From an uncultured Chitinophagaceae bacterium (GTDB lineage Bacteria; Bacteroidota; Bacteroidia; Chitinophagales; LD1), in NCBI GenBank assembly GCA_964650845.1, contig CAZYXR010000005.1, positions 1 through 52,456 on the forward strand: a stretch of 52,456 nucleotides of DNA. Direction: 5' to 3'. Positions 17,794-26,522 of this stretch are shown piece by piece (the first letter of the stretch is position 1; each line of letters opens with the position of its first letter). The notes under the pieces are model-generated. The model was not told the origin of the DNA, did no database searches, and saw only the letters and a list, made by a program, of their open reading frames with translations. A program made the position numbers and the translations under genes.

Positions 17794-19008
17794 ATGCAAG
17801 CAACAGAACTTAAAGAGAACTTTGTAATAGTAAACGGGGTTAAAAAAAGCATTACCTATCAACGCTGCAACCGCTGTATTAGCGATAGCACATGCCCGGG
17901 AATTTCATTCAACAACAAAGGCATTTGCAACTTTTGCACATTACATGACAAATGGGTAAAAATGTACCCCAATGATGGGCGCGGGCAAAATATTCTAAAC
18001 AGCAGCTTAGAAAAAATAAAGCGCGATGGAAAAGGAAAAAAATACGATTGCATAGTTGGAATTAGTGGCGGCAGAGATAGCACCTACATACTACACTTAG
18101 TGGCAACAAAATACAAACTGCGCCCATTGGCTGTACACTTCAATGATGGGTTCGACAATCCCGTTGGTGGAGAAAACATGATAAACATCACCCGCAAACT
18201 GGGTGTGGAATTGCGCACAATCACGAGCGACTGGCGCGAAGCAAAAGATTTGAAAATTTCTTTTCTAAAAGCCTCGGTTCCAGAACTAAATGAAGGCACC
18301 GATGTAGGCATTGCTGCATCATGTTTTGGTGTAGCACACAAAGAAGGAGTTAAACATTTGATTTACGGACAATCGTTCCGCACCGAAGGCATTAAACCTA
18401 TGAGTTGGGCGTATATGGTTGGCGACTATTTGAATGATGTACAAAATAAATTTGGCTCAGTTAAGCTGCGCAAATGGACGGCAAACGACCCAAACTATCA
18501 TCTTGGATGGAAGGAACTGTTTTATTACAGTATGATTAAAGGTATTAAAGCCCACTCGCCACTTTATTACGAAAACTATGTACGAAAAGATGCCGAAGAA
18601 ATAATTAAACGCGAATATGATTGGGTTTATCCAGGGGCACATTATTACGATGATTTGTACTGGTCGTTGATTACCTATGTACATCGCGTTAAATTCAATA
18701 TTGATTTTCGCCTAAATGCTTACAGTGCTTTAATTCGCGATGGGCAAATGGATAGAGACTGGGCAATTGAATCGGTAAAAAAACCATACGTTATGGAAGA
18801 CCCCCGCATAATAGATTTGTGCTTGAAACGTTTGGCAATTTCTCGCGAGCAATTTGATGAATGGGTTGCCTTACCCCCCAAAACTTTCAGAGACTACAAC
18901 ACCGGATATACGGCAATGCAACTGATGCGACCTGCCATAAAAGCCGTTACTAAAATGGGTTTCATGCCCGAGATTGTTTACGACAAATATTTTCTCTGTG
19001 GCAAATAG
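17794..19008 (+). CDS. N-acetyl sugar amidotransferase (WbuX/WbpG/PseA-like PP-loop ATP pyrophosphatase)
   Basis: The N-terminal zinc-ribbon Cys pairs are CNRC...CPG...CNFC, followed by the PP-loop GISGGRDSTY. The length of ~400 aa is typical of this family. Confidence 0.75.
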   Translation: MQATELKENFVIVNGVKKSITYQRCNRCISDSTCPGISFNNKGICNFCTLHDKWVKMYPNDGRGQNILNSSLEKIKRDGKGKKYDCIVGISGGRDSTYILHLVATKYKLRPLAVHFNDGFDNPVGGENMINITRKLGVELRTITSDWREAKDLKISFLKASVPELNEGTDVGIAASCFGVAHKEGVKHLIYGQSFRTEGIKPMSWAYMVGDYLNDVQNKFGSVKLRKWTANDPNYHLGWKELFYYSMIKGIKAHSPLYYENYVRKDAEEIIKREYDWVYPGAHYYDDLYWSLITYVHRVKFNIDFRLNAYSALIRDGQMDRDWAIESVKKPYVMEDPRIIDLCLKRLAISREQFDEWVALPPKTFRDYNTGYTAMQLMRPAIKAVTKMGFMPEIVYDKYFLCGK

Positions 19009-20635
19009 CAATTACATTCTTGGAATAAACGGAGGAGTGCGCCCTGGCTATCAGGATATTTCTGCTGTATTGATGTGCAATGGAAAAGTGATTGCGGCTA
19101 TTGAAGAAGAAAGATTAAACAGAGTAAAACACACAGCAGGGCATCTGCCAATTCTTTCGGTTAAAGAGGTTTTAAATATTGGCAATATTAGCATTAAAGA
19201 TGTTGCCACAGTTGCATTTCATGGTAGCACTTGGCAGCAACATATTGACACTGTATTGCAAACTCACTTTACAAACTATTTTGGATTTTGCCCGCCAATA
19301 AAACGTTACCACCATCACGACTGTCATGCAGCAAGCACTTTTTTCGCATCAGGGTTTGCAGAAGCATTGATAATAACTGTAGATGGTTCGGGCGATGGAG
19401 TCAGCACACAAATAGCAATAGGACGGAACAATAAAATTGAGGTATTAGAAAGATACGAACGCCCACAAAGCTTAGGAATGTTCTATGCTATGCTCACGCA
19501 ACTTTGTGGTTTTACGCGCGATGCTGACGAATACAAATTGATGGGCTTGGCAGCGTATGGCGATGCAAAAAAATTCAATTTAGATGATGTACTGCGCATT
19601 AACGAAAACAGTTACTTTTTGCAAGAAGACTATATGGTAGAAATACCGCACGGTCAGCCCGCTCCCAGTAGAAACGAAATGCTTTTCAGCAACAAGCTCA
19701 CCACATTAACCGGCTTGAGTAAACGAACACAAAAAACCATTGAAGAACCATATAAACACCTTGCAGCCGCTACACAATTTCAATTAGAAAAGGCATTAAC
19801 ATCCTTAGTAAAAAAGTATGTGGCAAAAACCGGCATACGCAATGTTTGCATGGCTGGCGGGGTAGCATTAAACTGTTTGGCAAATCAAAAAATAGAAACC
19901 CTATCGGAAGTAGATTCTCTATTTGTGCAACCAGCTTCAAGCGATGCGGGAATATCTTTAGGCGCAGCATATTTGGCAAGTGTTGAAAGTGGTGTTACAG
20001 CGTTCGCAAAACAAACGCACACATTCTTTGGCAACCAGTTTACACAAACCGAAATTATAGATGCAATACAGCGTTGCCAATTGAACTATGAAATTGAAAA
20101 CAACATAGTTGAGGCTGCTGCCGATTTGCTTGCCAACAACAAAGTTATTGGCTGGTTTCAAAACAAAATGGAGTTTGGCCCTCGCGCATTGGGCAACCGA
20201 AGCATATTGGCGAATCCAACCACTGCCGACATTCAACATATAGTAAACCACAAGATAAAATTTCGCGAGGGGTTTCGTCCTTTTGGCGCAAGTGTTTTGG
20301 AAGAAGATTTTCATGAGTTTTTTGAAGCAAAATGCACCGATGCACCATACATGACAAAAGTGTTTTTTGTAAAAGAAAAATACAGAACATTGCTAAAGGG
20401 CGTTACACATGCCGATGGCACTTGCCGCGTGCAAACGGTAAATAAATTGCAGAATGAACTTTACTATAACCTACTGAAAGCATTGAAAACAAAAATAGGT
20501 TATGGTGTTTTGCTAAACACAAGTTTCAACCTAAGCCACGAACCAATTGTAAACACACCACGCGAAGCAATTGCAAGTTTTTTTGCCAGTGGAATGGATG
20601 CTTTGTTTATGGAAAATTGCTTACTAAAAAAGTAG
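18998..20635 (+). CDS. carbamoyltransferase (NodU/CmcH/TobZ family)
   Basis: ILGINGG...DISAVLM..GKVIAAIEEERLNRVKH at the N-terminus, plus GGVALNC and the C-terminal LLNTSFN, form the family signature. I prefer the GTG at 18998 over the TTG at 18974. It overlaps the upstream stop by 11 nt. Confidence 0.9.
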   Translation: MANSNYILGINGGVRPGYQDISAVLMCNGKVIAAIEEERLNRVKHTAGHLPILSVKEVLNIGNISIKDVATVAFHGSTWQQHIDTVLQTHFTNYFGFCPPIKRYHHHDCHAASTFFASGFAEALIITVDGSGDGVSTQIAIGRNNKIEVLERYERPQSLGMFYAMLTQLCGFTRDADEYKLMGLAAYGDAKKFNLDDVLRINENSYFLQEDYMVEIPHGQPAPSRNEMLFSNKLTTLTGLSKRTQKTIEEPYKHLAAATQFQLEKALTSLVKKYVAKTGIRNVCMAGGVALNCLANQKIETLSEVDSLFVQPASSDAGISLGAAYLASVESGVTAFAKQTHTFFGNQFTQTEIIDAIQRCQLNYEIENNIVEAAADLLANNKVIGWFQNKMEFGPRALGNRSILANPTTADIQHIVNHKIKFREGFRPFGASVLEEDFHEFFEAKCTDAPYMTKVFFVKEKYRTLLKGVTHADGTCRVQTVNKLQNELYYNLLKALKTKIGYGVLLNTSFNLSHEPIVNTPREAIASFFASGMDALFMENCLLKK

Positions 20636-20640
20636 AATCT

Positions 20641-21486
20641 ATGCCGTATAAAGACATATTTGTTGATACCGCACACAACATCGCGTTGGCGCAGCATGGC
20701 TATGTCATTGTACCATTTCTCACCAATACCGAAACACAGCAACTAACAAGTTTTTTTTACGAAAACCATCAAGAATTACCCGATGGAATGTATGCTTCAT
20801 CTCATGCTCGCGATTTTTCGTTTCGTAAAAAAATGAATGAAGAGATAAAGAGTGTTTGTGCAAGGGCAATGGAAAATACATTTCTAAATGCCACGCCTCT
20901 CGGCTCTACATTTATGGTAAAAAGCAAAGGCGAAAACGGCAGCCTTCACCCTCATCAAGACTGGAGTATTGTAGATGAAAAAAAGTTCAACTCCTATAAC
21001 ATTTGGCTTCCATTGGTAGATGTGAACGAGCAAAACGGAACGTTGCTTATTTTACCCAATAGCCACGAACTGTTTGATAACATTCGCGGCTTGAATATTC
21101 CATCATCGTTTGCACAAGTTGAAAAAGAAGTGTGGCAGTATTTAATACCAATAAACATGAAAGCCGGAGAAGCACTGGTGTATGACCATCGTTTGTTGCA
21201 CGCATCGGGCATAAACAAAACAACTCAACCGCGCTTGGTAGTGGTGTATGGAGTAATTCCTACCGAGGCAACCATGCGCTATTACTATGGCAAAGAAAAC
21301 ACCATAGAAGAGTATGAATGCACAGCCGATTTTTATTTCAACGAAACCATTACACAAGGTCCAACCGGATTAAAAATGCTGCAATCCATTGCCAACAACA
21401 ATCCCGTTGCAACACAAACTTTACTCAATAGCAAGTACGCAACATCAAAAACTTTACTGCAAACATTATTGTCATTTTTCAAATAA
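20641..21486 (+). CDS. phytanoyl-CoA dioxygenase (PhyH) family Fe(II)/2-oxoglutarate oxygenase
   Basis: The H-x-D facial triad sits in LHPHQDWS. WLPLVDVNEQNGTLLILPNSH and the distal His in LLHASG also fit. The ATG at 20641 lies 5 nt after the upstream stop. Confidence 0.8.
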   Translation: MPYKDIFVDTAHNIALAQHGYVIVPFLTNTETQQLTSFFYENHQELPDGMYASSHARDFSFRKKMNEEIKSVCARAMENTFLNATPLGSTFMVKSKGENGSLHPHQDWSIVDEKKFNSYNIWLPLVDVNEQNGTLLILPNSHELFDNIRGLNIPSSFAQVEKEVWQYLIPINMKAGEALVYDHRLLHASGINKTTQPRLVVVYGVIPTEATMRYYYGKENTIEEYECTADFYFNETITQGPTGLKMLQSIANNNPVATQTLLNSKYATSKTLLQTLLSFFK

Positions 21487-21522
21487 TTGAATCTACTAAG
21501 CGCTGATTTTTAAATTCGCAAA

Positions 21523-22452
21523 ATGCTTTATGCAATTCTTATCACAATTATAGTTTTTCAGTTTGCTGTGGTGGCGTGGTTGTTATTGAACAAAAAACAA
21601 ACATCCGTAAAAGCTTTTGCGGCTTCGAGCAATACACCACAATCGGTTTCAAAATTTTACAATCAAACCACCGATAAATTCATTGCAGTGTATGGCGAAA
21701 TTATTCAGGCATTTAGAACAAATGACGTAAGCGACTACCTTAACTACACAGTAGCGAGTATGCAATTAAAAAGTGGTATGACCGCCATTGATGCCGGCTG
21801 CGGAGTTTGCGGGCCGGCATGTCATTTTGCAACTACGGTAAGCGATGTAAAGATTAATGCAATTACCGTTTCGGAAGTGCAAGCCCAAAAAAGCAAAGAA
21901 AAAATCGTTGAAAGAAATCTGCAAAGCCAGGTAAATGTTAGTGTTGGCGACTATCACAAACTCGATGAAATTTTCGAAAAAGAATCAACCGACAGGGTTT
22001 ATTTTTTAGAATCTTTTGGCCACAGCAACGACAAGAAAAAAGTGATTAATACGGTTTATAATGTATTGAAGCCCGGGGGCAAAATGTACATCAAAGATTT
22101 GTTTTTGCGCGAAAGCGAAAACGAATGGGAGCAGCATCGCATCAATGCAATTGCCGAGCAAATAAACACAGCTTACGAATATCAAATTGCCGATTTGCAC
22201 GAGGTGGTTTCTGCAATAAGGCAAAAGGGATTTTTGGTTGAGTTTATTCGCCCGCCACAAGTAGAGCGCGATAAATTTGAACACCTCACCATCTCCAACG
22301 ACTTTCAAAATCTGTTCAACATCGGCAAAATTGAAAGTTGGGACGATTATGTTTTCCCTATTGACTTTTATGAAATTCTTGCAGAAAAACCCGTGTACAA
22401 TACTGCCGAGGATATGCACTTATACTTTATGAATAAAAAAAATCAATCGTAG
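21523..22452 (+). CDS. class I SAM-dependent methyltransferase with N-terminal TM helix
   Basis: Motif I is AIDAGCGVCGP, and the post-I acidic and motif IV region is LKPGGKMYIKD. The N-terminus YNQTTDKFIAVYGEIIQ resembles sterol/tocopherol-type C- or O-methyltransferases. Confidence 0.8.
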   Translation: MLYAILITIIVFQFAVVAWLLLNKKQTSVKAFAASSNTPQSVSKFYNQTTDKFIAVYGEIIQAFRTNDVSDYLNYTVASMQLKSGMTAIDAGCGVCGPACHFATTVSDVKINAITVSEVQAQKSKEKIVERNLQSQVNVSVGDYHKLDEIFEKESTDRVYFLESFGHSNDKKKVINTVYNVLKPGGKMYIKDLFLRESENEWEQHRINAIAEQINTAYEYQIADLHEVVSAIRQKGFLVEFIRPPQVERDKFEHLTISNDFQNLFNIGKIESWDDYVFPIDFYEILAEKPVYNTAEDMHLYFMNKKNQS

Positions 22453-22483
22453 AAACACTGTTGCTTTACTATCTAAAAATTAC

Positions 22484-23632
22484 GTGCAATTTCTCCACAA
22501 TCTTTCTGTTGTAACCCGCGCCAAAGACTGGCGATTAAGTTTCGTTCCATTTATAATGGGCTGCGTGTATATGTGGCTGTGGTGGTTTCAATTGCCTTGC
22601 ACAGCGCACACAATTTTATTAACCTTTCTTTCTTTAATTACCACCATCGGATTTGCCTCTCTAGGTTATTTCATCAACGAGTTTTTTGATAAAGCCAGCG
22701 ATGCAAAAGCTGGCAAATTAAACAAGCTGACATTTATTGCTCCGACACTACAGTTTGCAATTTTTGCATCATCGGTAGCACTTACTTTTTTACCATGGAT
22801 TTGGCTGCCGGCCTCAAAGTTTTCGTGGCTGCTGATTGGCGTGCAAATCTCGCTTTTCTTGATTTACTCTTTGCCCTTTCCGCGCCTAAAAGAATCAACT
22901 TACTTGTCGGTAATTATTGATGCGCTGTATGCGTATGTTGTGCCGTTGGCCTTATCGTTTTATACTTTTAGCTTAATTGCCAACACGCTCTATTTTCCGG
23001 CTTGGTTTTATCTTTTTGCAGTTGCAGTTTTTTTTATTGGCTTGCGCAACATCATTATTCATCAAGCTGATGACATAATGAAAGACAAACAAAGTGGAAT
23101 GAAAACTTTGCCGATGATTTTAGGCATTGCAAACACAAAGATTTTGTTGCAAACAGTTTTGTTATACGAAGTATTGTTCTCAACACTTTGGATGCTATTA
23201 TTAGGCGTTGAACGCTTCATATTTTTGCCATGCCTAATCGTCTATTTACTATTAGCGGTGTATTCTGCAAATGATGTAAACACAAGAGTTCACAACAAAA
23301 ACAGCCAATTCATCATCAATAACGCTTATCAATATCTCATTCCTCTTGTAATGATTTTATTGTTGACGATAAACGATGTAAAATGGCTGGCAATATTACC
23401 CTTGCATGTAATGCTTTTGGTGCCGTTTCATTTGTTGCAAAAAACGTTGAACATCATCAACAGTTTTATTTCTGTTATTCATCGTTTTGTATTGAACGAT
23501 GTGCGAAACTTCGTGAGCGCAGCAATAAATTATCCAATTTACTATTGCCTTTTAATGTTTGGTGTAGATTTAAAAAAAGAACAAATGTCTGCTTGGGAAT
23601 TTTTGCAGTCGCGCATTAAAAAAGGACAGTAA
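22484..23632 (+). CDS. UbiA-family prenyltransferase (polytopic membrane protein)
   Basis: The first Asp-rich motif is NEFFDKASDAKAG (NxxxDxxxD) and the second is IIHQADDIMKDKQSG. About 9 TM segments are present. The GTG start retains the conserved N-terminal TRAKDWRLSFVP. Confidence 0.8.
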   Translation: MQFLHNLSVVTRAKDWRLSFVPFIMGCVYMWLWWFQLPCTAHTILLTFLSLITTIGFASLGYFINEFFDKASDAKAGKLNKLTFIAPTLQFAIFASSVALTFLPWIWLPASKFSWLLIGVQISLFLIYSLPFPRLKESTYLSVIIDALYAYVVPLALSFYTFSLIANTLYFPAWFYLFAVAVFFIGLRNIIIHQADDIMKDKQSGMKTLPMILGIANTKILLQTVLLYEVLFSTLWMLLLGVERFIFLPCLIVYLLLAVYSANDVNTRVHNKNSQFIINNAYQYLIPLVMILLLTINDVKWLAILPLHVMLLVPFHLLQKTLNIINSFISVIHRFVLNDVRNFVSAAINYPIYYCLLMFGVDLKKEQMSAWEFLQSRIKKGQ

Positions 23633-23649
23633 AATTCAACAAAGAAGTT

Positions 23650-25419
23650 ATGTGTGGAATAGCAGGAATACTTGATTTTAAAAAGTGTGTTACCGAACAA
23701 GAAATCAGTAACATGACTAACGCTCTCAAGCATCGCGGCCCAGATGATGAGGGGCAGTATTTAAACGCATCTAAAACAGTGGGGCTTGGCCACAGGCGTT
23801 TATCGTTTTTAGATTTAAGCGAAAAGGGGCGACAGCCACTTACCAACGAAGACGAAACACTTTGGATAACTTTCAACGGAGAGATTTACAATTTCAGAGA
23901 TTTAAAAAAAGAACTGCAACAACTTGGGCATCAGTTTCAATCGGATACAGATAGTGAGGTTTTGATACACGCCTACGAACAGTGGCGCGAATCCATGTTG
24001 GATAAGCTGGAAGGAATGTGGGCTTTTGCCATTTGGGACGAAAAAACCAAAACGCTTTTTGCGGCTCGCGATCGTTTTGGCATCAAGCCATTCTATTACG
24101 GTGAGCAACAAGAACGCCTTGTTTTTGCATCTGAGATTAAAGCCATAAACGCGCTGCGGAATTACAAACTCACCATCAACAAATCTGCATTTGCCGATTA
24201 TTTTAATTACCGCTACATACCATCGCCCAACACCATTTGGAACGAAGTAAAAAAACTACCTCCGGCACATTATTTAACTTGGCAAAACGGCAATATTACC
24301 CTAAAAGAATATTGGCATCTCGAAAGCAAAAATAACACTACAAACCACCAACAATTAGTTGAAGAAATTGATGAGTTACTGTTTAACTCTGTAAAACTTC
24401 ATGCAGTAAGCGATGTGCCAATTGGAGCGTTTTTAAGTGGCGGTTACGACAGTTCTGCCATTGCGTATTATTTGCACCGCATGAATTATCCGCTTCAAAC
24501 ATTTTCTATCGGATTTGAAAAATGGGACAATAGCGAACATAAATTTGCCGAGTTAGTAGCACAATTGCTAAACAGCAAACATACTTCATACATTGTTGAC
24601 GATGCGCACTTGGAATTGTTAGAGCATTTAGCTTGGGTGTATGACGAGCCTATTGCCGATATTTCAACACTGCCAACATACATGGTGAGCAATGTGGCGG
24701 CAAAAGATGTAAAAGCAGTAATGAGTGGCGAGGGCAGCGATGAAATTTTTGTAGGCTACAACTGGCAAAGGCAGTTTGCCGAAAAAAGCTTTTTGCAAAA
24801 AATTAAACACCTTTTTTCGGGCAGCAGCAACCATTACATAGTGGATTATTATGCGCAGTCTATGGCAATGGGCCGATTCGACTTTAATGAACAACAAAAA
24901 CTGCTGCACCACGATTTGCATACATTCATAAACCCCGAAAGCGATTGGTTTTATTCAAAGCATTTTGATAAAAATTTAAGCCCATTAAAATCTATTCAAC
25001 TCATGGACATGAAATGTTTTATGGGCGAACTTGTACTTACAAAAGTGGATAGAGCAAGCATGGCAAACAGTTTAGAAGTGCGAGTTCCTTTTCTCGACCA
25101 TAAGCTGTTTGAAAAAGTATTTAGCTTACGCGAACAAGAATACCATCAACCACAACAAACAAAATCGTTGCTTTACGCTCAACTTAAAAATACTTTTCCG
25201 CAAGAAATTTTAAAACGAAAAAAACAAGGCTTTGTAGGCCCCGACCAGTTTTACACGAATATGGAATGGTATAAAACAGTGCTGAATAATGCTGAACTGG
25301 TAAAAGATGAATTGATAAACAAAACTGCAATAGATGAATACATTCGCACCAACCAAAACTGGAAGCTATGGAAGATTGCCGTTATGGAATTTTGGTATAA
25401 AAAATGGAAAATCCGGTAA
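23650..25419 (+). CDS. asnB: asparagine synthase (glutamine-hydrolysing) family amidotransferase
   Basis: MCGIAGILDF gives the N-terminal nucleophile Cys2. The PP-loop is GAFLSGGYDSSAI, and MSGEGSDEIFVGY is also present. This type is common as a uronamide-forming enzyme in glycan loci. Confidence 0.9.
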   Translation: MCGIAGILDFKKCVTEQEISNMTNALKHRGPDDEGQYLNASKTVGLGHRRLSFLDLSEKGRQPLTNEDETLWITFNGEIYNFRDLKKELQQLGHQFQSDTDSEVLIHAYEQWRESMLDKLEGMWAFAIWDEKTKTLFAARDRFGIKPFYYGEQQERLVFASEIKAINALRNYKLTINKSAFADYFNYRYIPSPNTIWNEVKKLPPAHYLTWQNGNITLKEYWHLESKNNTTNHQQLVEEIDELLFNSVKLHAVSDVPIGAFLSGGYDSSAIAYYLHRMNYPLQTFSIGFEKWDNSEHKFAELVAQLLNSKHTSYIVDDAHLELLEHLAWVYDEPIADISTLPTYMVSNVAAKDVKAVMSGEGSDEIFVGYNWQRQFAEKSFLQKIKHLFSGSSNHYIVDYYAQSMAMGRFDFNEQQKLLHHDLHTFINPESDWFYSKHFDKNLSPLKSIQLMDMKCFMGELVLTKVDRASMANSLEVRVPFLDHKLFEKVFSLREQEYHQPQQTKSLLYAQLKNTFPQEILKRKKQGFVGPDQFYTNMEWYKTVLNNAELVKDELINKTAIDEYIRTNQNWKLWKIAVMEFWYKKWKIR

Positions 25420-25449
25420 GATATATTTGTACATTTTTAAAGCCTTTGC

Positions 25450-26073
25450 ATGACGTTAATTTCTCTACTTGATTTTTTCAGATTTAATGTGCTGCATATT
25501 TCCACAAAATACATCAAATGGGAGCGGGAATACTTAGGCTTGGACGAAGAAACACCATTCAATTACCTAATAGGAATGGTAGCTAATGAAATCAGAAATT
25601 ATTGCTTTCGTTATGGCAAAGAAATATACTCGGGCGAAGGCGCATTAGTCGACTTGGGTTCATGGCTTGGCTCTACAGTGGTGCCGCTGGCAAAAGGGCT
25701 GCAAGAAAGCACAACAAACACAAATGCTATAATCCACGCATACGATACATTTGTTTGGTACGAGAATATGAGCAATAGTGCGCGCAATACGTCTATTGCA
25801 GGAAAGTACAAAATAGGCGATTGTTTTATTGAAGAATTCAAAAAACAGATTTCCCCCTTTGAAAAGTATGTAGAGATACATAAAGGCGACTTGAATAATG
25901 CGCAATGGGACGGAGCACCTATTGAATACATGATGATAGATGCTATGAAAGATTGGGTGCTGGCAAAAAAGATTCTTTTTACTTTTTACCCTCACCTTAT
26001 TGCCGGAAAAGCAATTATTATTCACGAAGACTTTTGCCATCATTACACTTCGTGGATACACTTATTTCACTAA
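25450..26073 (+). CDS. class I methyltransferase-like protein (Methyltransf_24/TylF-like), apparently truncated by an in-frame TAA
   Basis: LVDLGSWLGSTVVPLA (motif I-like), IHAYDTF and YMMIDAMKDW...AIIIHEDF fit the Rossmann methyltransferase order. The frame continues open past the TAA at 26071..26073 into the next ORF. Confidence 0.6.
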   Translation: MTLISLLDFFRFNVLHISTKYIKWEREYLGLDEETPFNYLIGMVANEIRNYCFRYGKEIYSGEGALVDLGSWLGSTVVPLAKGLQESTTNTNAIIHAYDTFVWYENMSNSARNTSIAGKYKIGDCFIEEFKKQISPFEKYVEIHKGDLNNAQWDGAPIEYMMIDAMKDWVLAKKILFTFYPHLIAGKAIIIHEDFCHHYTSWIHLFH

Positions 26074-26184
26074 AGGCTTCGTGATTATTTTGAACCGCTA
26101 CCCGTAATAAAACACTCTTCAGGAGTTGCTTTTAAGTGTATAAAACCACTCGAAAATTTATCTGCAATTATTCCTGACGATTTC

Positions 26185-26415
26185 ATGGACTTTACTGCTG
26201 ATGAAATAGAGTTAGCATTTGACTATTCGCTTTCGTTAGTAAGTGCAAGTAACCAACCTGCTATTCTTGCCGCAAAGGCAATGGCATACAGACACAAAAA
26301 CGATTATGAGACGGCAAAAAAAACACTTAATAAAATTCCTATCATAGTGCAATGGCTTAATACCGAGGTGTACGAAGTACACAGAACTCTCAAAAAAGAA
26401 CACACTCCAAAATAA
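26185..26415 (+). CDS. 76-aa ORF in the same frame as 25450..26073, probably the detached C-terminus of that gene
   Basis: (26185-25450) is divisible by 3, and the 37 codons between 26074 and 26184 contain no stop. Confidence 0.4.
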   Translation: MDFTADEIELAFDYSLSLVSASNQPAILAAKAMAYRHKNDYETAKKTLNKIPIIVQWLNTEVYEVHRTLKKEHTPK

Positions 26416-26522
26416 AAGCGTTTCGTATTGCCATAGTTACAAGCTATTATTGTGTTTAATTAATTAGTACTGTAATTAAAATATATGGCAGTTAGTTTCG
26501 TGCTGCTTTGCAAAGTTGAGCT

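Noticed and set aside
26185-26415. The 76-aa ORF as a stand-alone precursor peptide or RRE/PqqD-like partner for the downstream radical SAM enzyme
   Set aside because: It is in frame with, and connected by a stop-free stretch to, the upstream methyltransferase-like ORF. It also has no Cys/Ser/Thr-rich core typical of radical SAM-modified peptides. This is not fully excluded; see the in-frame-stop finding.
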